This document shows positions 19,855-27,438 of a stretch of 64,000 nt of DNA, piece by piece. Origin of the DNA: a virus (lineage: Duplodnaviria > Heunggongvirae > Uroviricota > Caudoviricetes); the IMG/VR virus record IMGVR_UViG_3300042906_000857, positions 67,297 to 131,296 of that record; one strand, written 5' to 3'. Numbering within the stretch: position 1 is the stretch's first letter; each line of letters opens with the position of its first letter. The translations under genes and the position numbers were made by a program. Below the pieces are notes generated by a model. The model was not told where the DNA came from. It worked only from the letters and a program-made list of their open reading frames with translations, and did no database searches.

Positions 19855-20103
19855 ATGACTATGCATAAGAAAATAGTAATCACCTGTGTACTGCTATTTT
19901 CTTCTATTATGTACACCGAGAACGCTTTCTGTTTACAACCAGAATATCTTCCGGTGTTACCTGTTCGGAATTACAAACACTGGCAAAAATTGGAAAAGGT
20001 TTGTGAAACGGGTAGACAAACTTATGGTGCAAATGAGTTTTTGGAAAACGGCAAAATCTGTCGTTGGATGTTGGTATCTTATTGGCCAGAGAATAAGAAA
20101 TAA
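19855..20103 (+). CDS. Small exported hypothetical protein
   Basis: Hydrophobic N-terminus; tight operonic spacing. Confidence 0.45.
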   Translation: MTMHKKIVITCVLLFSSIMYTENAFCLQPEYLPVLPVRNYKHWQKLEKVCETGRQTYGANEFLENGKICRWMLVSYWPENKK

Positions 20104-20582
20104 TGGATCCGTTCACCGCATTTGCCATGGCTCAAGGTGCTGTTAAAGGCATCAAAGCTGCTATGCAGTTGGGTAAAGACGTAAAGGAACTGTACGGACA
20201 ATTCAGTCAATTCTATTTGTCTGCGGATCAAGTTCATGTGGCCAGCACACAGATGCGTATTGCGGCTGTCGGTAAAACTGATGCACAAATAAATTCAGAT
20301 TCATTAAAGATTGCCATGGCATCCAAGGCACTGAGAGATAATGAGAAGGAATTAAAAGACATATTGTTTTGGTCAGGAAATGCTGATGTATGGAATGAAA
20401 TGATGGCAGAACGTACTAGAATGTCAAAAGAACGCCGTGCTTTAGAGAAGGCAGCTGAAGATAAGAAGCAACGTGATAGAGAAATGATGTATAATACTTT
20501 GATGAACGCACTGTTGGCAATTGGAATAATGAGTACAACAATTCCTCTAATAGCACTTATATGGCACCTTATCACGAAATAA
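20103..20582 (+). CDS. Hypothetical protein with C-terminal TM helix
   Basis: 159 aa; starts MDPFTAFAMAQGAV; C-terminal hydrophobic segment. Confidence 0.6.
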   Translation: MDPFTAFAMAQGAVKGIKAAMQLGKDVKELYGQFSQFYLSADQVHVASTQMRIAAVGKTDAQINSDSLKIAMASKALRDNEKELKDILFWSGNADVWNEMMAERTRMSKERRALEKAAEDKKQRDREMMYNTLMNALLAIGIMSTTIPLIALIWHLITK

Positions 20583-20632
20583 ACACACATATATATTATA
20601 TTAAACAATTTATTCATTAAAAGGAATATAAC

Positions 20633-21175
20633 ATGGCAGAAGAAAAGAAACCATTGTCTCGTTCAGAACGTGAAGCACTAATTAAAGACAAAGCTGGATG
20701 GGTTATTACTGTATTGGCTGCACTACTAGCACTCACCACATATTTTGGTGGAAGTAATAGTTCTAAAGTATTGACGAATACAATCGAGGCCAATAATACA
20801 TGGGCTTTCTATCAAGCAAAAAGCATTAAAGGTACGTTGGCTGAAATGGCATTAGATGATGCTGTACGTGTTAAAGACACCAAGAAGATTGAACAATTAA
20901 CTGCAAAGATTGACCGTTACGAGAATGAACCAAAAGAAGGTAAGAAAGCTCTAATGGAAAAAGCACGTGGACTGGAAGCAGAACGTTCGGTAGCCAAAGC
21001 ACGTAGTCCATGGTACACCTTTGCAGGTTCACTATTTCAAATTGCAATCGTACTATTAACAGCGTCAATACTGGCAGTTAATAATAAGTTATATGATGCA
21101 AGTCTTGTTGTTGGTGCTGTTGCAGCAATTCTATTGTCCCAAGCTATTTGGTTGTGGTTGCCGTTTGTAATTTAA
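20633..21175 (+). CDS. DUF4337-like membrane protein
   Basis: ANNTWAFYQAKSIK motif, three TM segments, AAGGA SD. Confidence 0.7.
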   Translation: MAEEKKPLSRSEREALIKDKAGWVITVLAALLALTTYFGGSNSSKVLTNTIEANNTWAFYQAKSIKGTLAEMALDDAVRVKDTKKIEQLTAKIDRYENEPKEGKKALMEKARGLEAERSVAKARSPWYTFAGSLFQIAIVLLTASILAVNNKLYDASLVVGAVAAILLSQAIWLWLPFVI

Positions 21176-21178
21176 TAT

Positions 21179-21892
21179 ATGCGTAAACTTTTAATTATGG
21201 CCGCTTTCATGGCGGCATCTACATCATGGTCATCACCTATTACTGCACACAGTTGGTTAGTAACTGACGATAAAGGTAAAATAATACAAGGTGAGAACAC
21301 AAAAGAAGTGCGTCCAATTGCATCTATAACAAAATTGATGACTGTTATGGTTGTACTGGATGCCAAACAAAATCTTAGTGAGAGACTAGGTAAATTTACT
21401 AGAAAAGAATTGATCCAGATGGCTCTGGTTCGTTCCAATAACGAAGCTGCAAGTAAGTTGTGTAAACATTATCCAGGTGGAACTTCCTCTTGTGTTCGAG
21501 CAATGAACTCCAGAGTATATTTTATGGGATTGTCTCAAACCAAATATGTGGATCCAACTGGTTTGAATGTTATGAATGTAAGTACTGCTGAAGAATTGGT
21601 GGACATTGTGCAAGAAGCAAGTAAATATCCATTGATTGTACAGTCTAGTAAACTATCAGAAGTTAAAATTAAGAAACGCAAAAAGTGGTTAGTGTTCAGA
21701 AACACGAATCCAATTATTGGTAAAAGGTATGACTTTGTTGTAAGTAAGACTGGTTACATCACCGCTTCAGGTGGATGCATCGTAATGATGTTAGACACCG
21801 ATGTTGGTACGAGAACAGTTGTGGTACTAGGAAGCAAAAACACGCATACAAGAATACCTGAAGCGGAATTTGTTTTCAATACTTATAATTAA
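21179..21892 (+). CDS. D-alanyl-D-alanine peptidase, peptidase S11 (PBP5/PBP7-like)
   Basis: SxxK (ASITKLMT), SxN (RSNN), KTG (SKTGY); signal peptide. Confidence 0.9.
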   Translation: MRKLLIMAAFMAASTSWSSPITAHSWLVTDDKGKIIQGENTKEVRPIASITKLMTVMVVLDAKQNLSERLGKFTRKELIQMALVRSNNEAASKLCKHYPGGTSSCVRAMNSRVYFMGLSQTKYVDPTGLNVMNVSTAEELVDIVQEASKYPLIVQSSKLSEVKIKKRKKWLVFRNTNPIIGKRYDFVVSKTGYITASGGCIVMMLDTDVGTRTVVVLGSKNTHTRIPEAEFVFNTYN

Positions 21893-22310
21893 CTGAATCG
21901 TTATTTTCTCGGTAGACTGAAGCACCATTTTTCAGGTGAAATCTACGAGCTAGTTCCGTCTTTGGACTGTAGGTAACATAATCAACAATATTTGGTTTGT
22001 CGGATTTCATGTACTTAACAGATTCGACAATCAATTCACGTCCAGCACCTGCAGCATAACTCCAAATGGTGTAGAACACCGCAACGGTTGGTGACACTAC
22101 TGCATCCAATAATTCATCTATGGTAGATGGTATTGAATCGTGGTACATCACACAAACTATAGCTGACACCACATCATCGGTTTTTAAAACCAGAACTTCT
22201 GAATTTTTAGATACTCTTACGTTGCGTGGAATATCTGGACGAACTGGATCATCCTTTAAATATTCCAATAATGGATTTTCTAATGAATTTATTTTTATTA
22301 GAGTTTTCAT
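21876..22310 (-). CDS. GNAT-fold protein (malonyl-CoA decarboxylase C-terminal-like)
   Basis: VAVFYTIWS...GAGRELI...YVTYSP resembles the MCD pattern TAIFYSIS...FGNFLI...FVTLSP. Confidence 0.45.
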   Translation of the reverse strand: MKTLIKINSLENPLLEYLKDDPVRPDIPRNVRVSKNSEVLVLKTDDVVSAIVCVMYHDSIPSTIDELLDAVVSPTVAVFYTIWSYAAGAGRELIVESVKYMKSDKPNIVDYVTYSPKTELARRFHLKNGASVYRENNDSVNYKY

Positions 22311-22323
22311 TTTTTATCATTAT

Positions 22324-22396
22324 TGGTTGCGGGCCTCGGAGTCGAACCGGAACTGAGGATTATGAGCCCACTGTGATACCATTTCACCAGCCCGCT
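22324..22396 (-). tRNA. tRNA-Met(CAT), initiator-like
   Basis: CT-CAT-AA loop, 1:72 mismatch, GGG in anticodon stem, encoded CCA. Confidence 0.8.
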
Positions 22397-22399
22397 ATA

Positions 22400-22570
22400 T
22401 TATTCTTTTACAACTTGTCTATTCATTATCTCATTAAAGGCTTCATCTTCAGCCTCGTCATCATCAATTTCTACTGGTGTTTTTCTTCTAAAGATTTCAT
22501 CAAAGTTTTTACCATATGTTTCTTGTGAAACACTATATGGTCTTGCATTTGAACCTTTACCACCATCAGA
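22400..22570 (-). CDS. Small conserved phage protein (MSDGGKGS...)
   Basis: GGAG SD before MSDGG; the ORF track start at 22597 is probably too long. Confidence 0.5.
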   Translation of the reverse strand, partial: SDGGKGSNARPYSVSQETYGKNFDEIFRRKTPVEIDDDEAEDEAFNEIMNRQVVKE

Positions 22571-22574
22571 CATT

Positions 22575-22820
22575 TTATTCTCCGTAGATGTATGCAATAT
22601 CTTCTACTTTTACAATAAAGTAATCCTTTACTGCTGCTGCTTTACCCCAATCAGGTTGTACAACATCACCAACCGATAATTCACTTGCATCAGGACCAAC
22701 AGCAATAACTCTAGCCTTATCAGGTTCTTCGGAATGTTTTAAAATAATTCCTGAAGATGTTTGTTTGATGTTCTCAATGCGCTCAATCAAAACTTTATCG
22801 TGTAACGGCTTAATAATCAT
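22575..22820 (-). CDS. groES: Co-chaperonin GroES
   Basis: IKPLHDKVLI, TSSGIIL, VIAVGP. Confidence 0.9.
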   Translation of the reverse strand: MIIKPLHDKVLIERIENIKQTSSGIILKHSEEPDKARVIAVGPDASELSVGDVVQPDWGKAAAVKDYFIVKVEDIAYIYGE

Positions 22821-22834
22821 AATGTCCTAAAAAA

Positions 22835-22898
22835 TGGAGCGGGTACCTAGATTCCCACTAGGATTATGGATGGACCCACAAATGTTGGAAACACCCGC
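22835..22898 (-). ncRNA. Degenerate tRNA-like RNA
   Basis: GCGGGT/ACCCGC-T-CCA acceptor; no normal D arm; T-loop TGGGAAT. Confidence 0.5.
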
Positions 22899-22904
22899 AT
22901 AAAC

Positions 22905-22978
22905 TGGAGCGGAATATCAGAATCGAACTGATGACTGGAGATTGGAAATCTCTAATTTTGCCATTAAACTAATTCCGC
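22905..22978 (-). tRNA. tRNA-Gly(TCC)
   Basis: TT-TCC-AA loop, GTTCGATTC, CCA. Confidence 0.92.
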
Positions 22979-22986
22979 ATGTATGT

Positions 22987-23015
22987 ATTATATATGAAAA
23001 AACTTGTAGAGTCAA
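22987..23015 (-). promoter_or_regulatory. Internal sigma70-type promoter
   Basis: TTGACT-17-TATAAT. Confidence 0.7.
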
Positions 23016-23039
23016 TACTTTTTTTTAAAGTGTACCATT

Positions 23040-23113
23040 TGGTGCCCCATGACAGAATCGAACTGCCGTAACCTGATTACAAAACAGGTGTAATACCATT
23101 ATACTAATAGGGC
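23040..23113 (-). tRNA. tRNA-Thr(TGT)
   Basis: TT-TGT-AA loop, CCA. Confidence 0.92.
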
Positions 23114-23121
23114 GAAAGAGT

Positions 23122-23196
23122 TGGAGCGGGCAGCGGGAATCGAACCCGCAACTAAACCTTGGCAAGGTCTTGTGTTACCACTAGCACCATGCCCGC
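23122..23196 (-). tRNA. tRNA-Gly(GCC)
   Basis: TT-GCC-AA loop, CCA. Confidence 0.92.
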
Positions 23197-23215
23197 TTAT
23201 GTTATTATTATATAG

Positions 23216-23300
23216 TGGTGCGAGGAGCGGGACTCGAACCCGCACGCCATAAAGACAAGAGATTTTAAGTCTCTCACGGCTACCATTACGTCATCCTCGC
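23216..23300 (-). tRNA. tRNA-Leu(TAA)
   Basis: CT-TAA-AA loop, long variable arm. Confidence 0.92.
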
Positions 23301-23307
23301 ATTGCTC

Positions 23308-23382
23308 TGGTCCGGCGTGAGAGAATCGAACTCCCATCAGAAGGGTAGAAGCCTACTGTACTATCCATTGTACTAACGCCAG
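23308..23382 (-). tRNA. tRNA-Arg(TCT)
   Basis: CT-TCT-AC loop, CCA. Confidence 0.88.
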
Positions 23383-23387
23383 AGATT

Positions 23388-23461
23388 TGGTGCTCTTAAC
23401 AAGAATTGAACTTGTATCTCATCCTTACCAAGGACGTGTACTACCACTGTACTATAAGAGC
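23388..23461 (-). tRNA. tRNA-Thr(GGT)
   Basis: TT-GGT-AA loop, CCA. Confidence 0.9.
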
Positions 23462-23467
23462 TTAATT

Positions 23468-23552
23468 TGGTGCCCCAGGTCGGACTCGAACCGACACGCC
23501 ACAAGGACATGAGTTTCTAAGACTCACACGGCTACCATTACGTCACCGGGGC
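23468..23552 (-). tRNA. tRNA-Leu(TAG)
   Basis: CT-TAG-AA loop, long variable arm. Confidence 0.92.
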
Positions 23553-23558
23553 ATTATT

Positions 23559-23634
23559 TGGTGCAACCTGTAGGAATCGAACCTACTTCAATGCCGCTTC
23601 AAGACACCGCTATGACCACATCAGCTAAAGTTGC
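23559..23634 (-). tRNA. tRNA-Phe(GAA)
   Basis: Stem GTGTC/GGCAT around TT-GAA-GC. Confidence 0.85.
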
Positions 23635-23639
23635 ATATT

Positions 23640-23713
23640 TGGTACCTCGTTGGAGAATCGAACTCCCGTATGCACCGTGTAAGGATGCCGTTCTACCATT
23701 AAACTACCGAGGC
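23640..23713 (-). tRNA. tRNA-Val(TAC)
   Basis: CT-TAC-AC loop, CCA. Confidence 0.9.
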
Positions 23714-23723
23714 AAATTTACTT

Positions 23724-23797
23724 TGGGGTGACCTATGGGAGTTGAACCCATACTAAGAGATTCACAATCTCGGGTGCTGCCGCTACACTAAGGCCAC
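23724..23797 (-). tRNA. tRNA-His(GTG)
   Basis: TT-GTG-AA loop, C73 discriminator. Confidence 0.9.
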
Positions 23798-23840
23798 ACC
23801 AAAGTAAACTTTGGGATAATTTTTGGTTTATCATCACCGT

Positions 23841-24338
23841 TTAAGATTCTAACAATTCCTGTTCTGCCAAGATTCTTTTCAATCTGTCAGCGCAGAAAGA
23901 TGCTGCTGGAGCGTCAGGTTTAACCATTGGAGTCATGTTACATGTACCTTTGATATAACCGATAGCTTGTTGCACAACGCATGAGGATCCGTGCAGGTCT
24001 GATTTGTTCAAGTCCAAGTGAACTTCAACATGATAATCTTCCAACACTTCTGATAGATTTTGAAATAATTCAGAAACTTTGTAAACTTCGGTCATCAGTC
24101 TCATTGCAGGTTTACTTTTCTTGTGGTCGTAATCTAATTCACGATCCACATAACCAAAGATTTTACAACCATGACGGCCATCAATATGAACAACTACAGC
24201 AAGTGCATAATCGGCATACCAAACACCATTGATTCTAATTCTTTCAGAATCAGCACCAAGATAAACTTTAGTGTCTGGTCCTTGTTTTGCTAAATATTCT
24301 TTAACATCTTGTATGTCGAACTTACTCATATCATTCAC
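23841..24338 (-). CDS. RNase H-like protein (YkuK/DUF458-like)
   Basis: VYLGADSE, LMTEV, VEVHLDLN, ASFCAD acidic tetrad pattern. Confidence 0.7.
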   Translation of the reverse strand: MNDMSKFDIQDVKEYLAKQGPDTKVYLGADSERIRINGVWYADYALAVVVHIDGRHGCKIFGYVDRELDYDHKKSKPAMRLMTEVYKVSELFQNLSEVLEDYHVEVHLDLNKSDLHGSSCVVQQAIGYIKGTCNMTPMVKPDAPAASFCADRLKRILAEQELLES

Positions 24339-24351
24339 CTTTCTTTAAATT

Positions 24352-24425
24352 TGGCACCCCGGGAAGGACTCGAACCTTCACAAACAGTTTTGGAGACTGT
24401 CGTGCTGCCATTACACTACCGAGAT
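24352..24425 (-). tRNA. tRNA-Trp(CCA)
   Basis: CT-CCA-AA loop, G73. Confidence 0.92.
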
Positions 24426-24432
24426 ATAATTC

Positions 24433-24506
24433 TGGTACCCTGTAGAGGTAACGATCCTCTGTCTATCGGTTATCAGCCGATTGCTCTACCTTTAAGCTAA
24501 CGGGGT
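24433..24506 (-). tRNA. tRNA-Ile(GAT)
   Basis: CT-GAT-AA loop; atypical T-loop ATCGTTA. Confidence 0.85.
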
Positions 24507-24511
24507 ATATA

Positions 24512-24587
24512 TGGAGGGTCATAGAGGACTCAAACCCCTAACTCAAACTTCGTAGGATTGTGTGATATTCAGTTTCACCAACGACCC
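24512..24587 (-). tRNA. tRNA-Arg(ACG)
   Basis: CT-ACG-AA loop, GGGTCGT/ATGACCC acceptor. Confidence 0.85.
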
Positions 24588-24992
24588 AAATAATTTTCCA
24601 GCGTGATGTTTTCTGTGACAATTTGAACATAAACACGCACACTTATTAACTTCATCAAGAATTTGTTTTTTACTAGCTTCCGATTTATTGGAAATATCAA
24701 ATTCTTTTTCTGCACTGTCTATGTGATGAAAGTCTAAACAAACCGGTTCAGATTCTCCACACACACAACAGCTTAAGGTTTCTTTCAATTTCAAAAACCA
24801 TTCTTTATTTTCTTTTTTATATTTTTTTATTCTATTCAAATTTGTTGAATGGTGTTTATAATAAGACTGTTTACTTTTTATTTTACGACACTCATCACAA
24901 AAAGTGATTCTTGTTCCCTTTGATTTGTTTTTGAAGGCAAATTTCTCAATTGGGAATATTTCGCCGCAACAATTACATTTTTTTGTTTCCAT
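24543..24992 (-). mobile_element. Free-standing HNH (homing-type) endonuclease gene
   Basis: CxxC Zn sites, LDFHH...N..C..LCSNCHRKHH; late promoter upstream. Confidence 0.8.
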
Positions 24993-25003
24993 ATATTTTT
25001 CCT

Positions 25004-25034
25004 AGATACGAACTTATTTATAAAGTTTGTATCT
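25004..25034 (-). promoter_or_regulatory. TATAAATA late promoter in the loop of a 12-bp hairpin next to the HNH SD
   Basis: AGATACAAACTT-TATAAAT-AAGTTCGTATCT, then AGGA. Confidence 0.7.
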
Positions 25035-25040
25035 TTTATA

Positions 25041-25116
25041 TGGTAGTAACGGTGAGACTCGAACTCACGATAAACACCGTATGAAGGTGGTGCATTAGCC
25101 ACTATGCTACGTTACC
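25041..25116 (-). tRNA. tRNA-Met(CAT), elongator Met or Ile2
   Basis: TT-CAT-AC loop, CCA. Confidence 0.8.
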
Positions 25117-25245
25117 ATAGAAAAACACACTCGGCTCTCCTTACAACCTTGTTCCTGTCAATTCAGGATGAAACTGGATGAACCCAGTGGCTCCCCTTGG
25201 TTGTTTTTATCTGTCAATTCAGATTGAAAGTGTGTTTATCTATAG
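25115..25245 (-). ncRNA. Class I closed-stem RNA cassette a
   Basis: CTATAGATAAACACACT...AGTGTGTTTTTCTATGG; two internal CTG-AATTGA-CAG hairpins. Confidence 0.6.
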
Positions 25246-25248
25246 CTA

Positions 25249-25376
25249 CCATATAGAAACACTCTGATAAGTGCTTGAATCTTGTGGTGACCCTACTTCA
25301 CGGTAGATTATTGCAATGGTCGACATATGCAATATGCTGTTTTTCCGCTGTAGTCACACAGAATGTTTTTATATGG
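25249..25376 (-). ncRNA. Class I closed-stem RNA cassette b
   Basis: CCATATAAAAACATTCTG...CAGAGTGTTTCTATATGG. Confidence 0.6.
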
Positions 25377-25448
25377 TGGACCGCCGGGGAGTCGAACCCC
25401 GTACTCCTACGTGCAAGGCAGGTGTGTTCCCAAGTATACCAGCAGCCC
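25374..25448 (-). tRNA. tRNA-Ala(TGC)
   Basis: CT-TGC-AC loop, G3:U70. Confidence 0.92.
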
Positions 25449-25498
25449 ATAATTGACAATTTATCCTATTATACGCCGTCAATAAAGGCGATTATTTT

Positions 25499-25572
25499 TG
25501 GTCTCGGTAGAAGGAATCGAACCTTCGCCACATGGCCCCAAACCACGCATGATACCATTTCACCACACCGAG
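25499..25572 (-). tRNA. tRNA-Pro(TGG)
   Basis: TT-TGG-GG loop. Confidence 0.9.
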
Positions 25573-25578
25573 AAATAT

Positions 25579-25653
25579 TGGCTCCAGAGGCAGGGATCGA
25601 ACCTACGACCAATTGATTAACAGTCAACTGCACTACCGCTGTGCTACTCTGGA
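25579..25653 (-). tRNA. tRNA-Asn(GTT)
   Basis: CT-GTT-AA loop. Confidence 0.93.
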
Positions 25654-25660
25654 ATATTGA

Positions 25661-26100
25661 ATTTGTAAGCCTACGCCGCATTTATCGTAGATTTATTCAG
25701 GACTTACCGGCCGGTATAGCCTGACCTCGTCAAGATTATCTCTCGAACGATGGATATCACTTGGGATTCGTCCAGTACAGTCCCCATTACGGACCTCCGC
25801 AGTTGCCCGAGGGTGGGAGTTGAACCCATTAACCTTTTACTGCTTTGGTCCTTCGAAGAAACCTAGACAGCGTGACTTCACTTGCTGACACTTACAAAAC
25901 TAAAATGTAGTAGGCAGAGACAAAACTCTATTAGTTTGCGCTTCGATATTTAACGCCACCTTCGTGGATCCGCAACGCCATTTACTCTAGTACCAGACTA
26001 GAACTACAAAACTAAATCTGTGGCAGGTGAGGTATCTAGTTAGTCGTTCTAAAAGCAACCAACTTGCCCATTCTCCTTTTACTTTCCTTACCACAAAACT
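25661..26100 (-). ncRNA. Three tandem class II structured RNAs, each starting AGTTTTGT
   Basis: Units ~26100-26019, 26013-25905 and 25901-25661, each with a terminal helix. Confidence 0.55.
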
Positions 26101-26174
26101 GGCGACTCGTGGGAGAATCGAACTCCCATCTACGGATAGACAATCCGCGATAATGACCATTATATGAACGAGCC
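26100..26174 (-). tRNA. tRNA-Asp(GTC)
   Basis: TT-GTC-TA loop, G73. Confidence 0.92.
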
Positions 26175-26258
26175 TAAAAATTTAACGTGGAGCCTTTCAC
26201 TTACCACGATTAGTACACTAAAGTACTTGAAGGTTACACCCAACCTTTAAGAGTGATT

Positions 26259-26351
26259 TGGTGGAGCAACTTGGAGTCGAACCAAGATTGTTTACCCAAA
26301 GGGATCAGATTTACAGTCTGAGGATGCACACGCCATAGCATCAATTGCTCC
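26259..26351 (-). tRNA. tRNA-Tyr(GTA)
   Basis: CT-GTA-AA loop, long variable arm. Confidence 0.9.
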
Positions 26352-26360
26352 AAATTCTAA

Positions 26361-26459
26361 CATATGTAAACACACTAGAGTTTTACGATAAACTACGCTC
26401 TCAAGGTTCTGCTCAAGACCCCATAGGTTTGCCTATGTTTCTAATGTGTTTGCATATGG
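26361..26459 (-). ncRNA. Class I closed-stem RNA cassette c
   Basis: CCATATGCAAACACATTAG...CTAGTGTGTTTACATATG. Confidence 0.6.
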
Positions 26460-26531
26460 TAGGGGCACAGAGAATCGAACTCTGATAGACCGGTTAAAAG
26501 CCGGATATTCTAGCCGTTGAATTATACCCCC
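26457..26531 (-). tRNA. tRNA-Lys(TTT)
   Basis: CT-TTT-AA loop. Confidence 0.92.
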
Positions 26532-26589
26532 ATTATCTTACCACTCTTGTCACTTTCCATGACAGTCTCCTTTTTAAAAAAAAATATTA

Positions 26590-26800
26590 CCATATTAAAA
26601 TACATTAGGGTGTGATTGTCGTTCCAGAACTACATCTGGATTCTCACGGCTTCGTCTGCCGATAAGACAATCTCCACATTACTTGCCAATTTATTCTAGC
26701 GCCATCGGAAGGCTTCATGTAATCTTAGTGAGAATGATGCGGCCATCAAGTGCTCCTAAGTCACCTACTAGAATTGGTAACCTAATATATTTTAATATGG
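26590..26800 (-). ncRNA. Class I closed-stem RNA cassette d
   Basis: CCATATTAAAATATATTAGG...CCTAATGTATTTTAATATGG. Confidence 0.6.
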
Positions 26801-26872
26801 TACTCCGTACGAGAGTCGAACTCGTCTTATTGGGTTGAAAACCCAGTGTCCTAACCGATAGACGAACGGAGT
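26798..26872 (-). tRNA. tRNA-Glu(TTC)
   Basis: TT-TTC-AA loop. Confidence 0.92.
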
Positions 26873-26888
26873 ATATTAACTCTACAAA

Positions 26889-26960
26889 TTTTTAAAGAAC
26901 AGTGTGTATTATATACCAAATACACACTCTTGTCAATACCAGTGTTGCATAATAACAACA
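26889..26960 (-). promoter_or_regulatory. Promoter TTGACA-17-TATAAT with upstream TGTTG-N8-CAACA box and downstream boxA-like motif
   Basis: Box 26943-26960, -35 26936-26931, -10 26913-26908, TGTTCTTTAAAAA 26901-26889. Confidence 0.8.
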
Positions 26961-26995
26961 TCTGTTTTTACATTGATTTCTCAACGCAAGAATGT

Positions 26996-27047
26996 ATTAT
27001 AACAGAACTGGCCACTTTGTCAACCAGTGTGTTGTTTTTTTACAACA
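26996..27047 (-). promoter_or_regulatory. Promoter TTGACA-16-TATAAT with TGTTG-N8-CAACA box
   Basis: Box 27030-27047, -35 27023-27018. Confidence 0.7.
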
Positions 27048-27069
27048 TTTGTTATTCGCAAATAAAGAA

Positions 27070-27145
27070 TGGAGTGGGTGACAGGACTCGAACCTGCATT
27101 ATCCGGACTTGCAAACCGGCACCTAGCCTTTCAGAACACACCCAC
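27070..27145 (-). tRNA. tRNA-Cys(GCA)
   Basis: TT-GCA-AG loop, U73. Confidence 0.88.
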
Positions 27146-27146
27146 A

Positions 27147-27341
27147 TTATTTTTTCTTACGTGATATCCAACCATCATAGTTTGGATCAGTCACTTCATC
27201 AACACCAAACTTACCTACAAATTCCATTTCACCATTGGTGATAGTCACGAATGTACCGTAACCTATTGCAAACTTCATTGCATCAAGCAATGATTCAAAC
27301 TCTTGCAACGGTAATTTGTTTTCACTTATAATTTTCCACAT
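27147..27341 (-). CDS. Small hypothetical protein
   Basis: 64 aa, AAGGA SD, fills the gap between two tRNAs. Confidence 0.55.
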   Translation of the reverse strand: MWKIISENKLPLQEFESLLDAMKFAIGYGTFVTITNGEMEFVGKFGVDEVTDPNYDGWISRKKK

Positions 27342-27359
27342 ATCATATCATCCTTAATT

Positions 27360-27436
27360 TGGTACCTCTACTCTGATTCGAACAGAGAAACTCCTCCTTT
27401 TGAGAGAGGTGACTTTACCAATTTGTCCATAGAGGC
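27360..27436 (-). tRNA. tRNA-Leu(CAA) with short variable loop
   Basis: CT-CAA-AA loop; 5-nt variable region. Confidence 0.8.
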
Positions 27437-27438
27437 AT

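Noticed and set aside
23559-23634. Reading the anticodon as TGA
   Set aside because: That register gives no anticodon stem; GTGTC/GGCAT around TTGAAGC gives GAA (Phe). No suppressor tRNA or recoding evidence was found.
25115-25245. TTGACA inside cassette a as promoters
   Set aside because: No -10 at 16-18 bp; the motifs lie in hairpin loops.
26180-26255. Possible extra small RNA between tRNA-Asp and tRNA-Tyr
   Set aside because: Only short, weak helices and neither cassette signature; left uncalled.
25661-26800. Naming the ncRNAs as GOLLD, ROOL, Y RNA, tmRNA or a ribozyme
   Set aside because: Lengths and motifs do not match by eye, and no tag ORF or hammerhead core was seen. A covariance search is needed.
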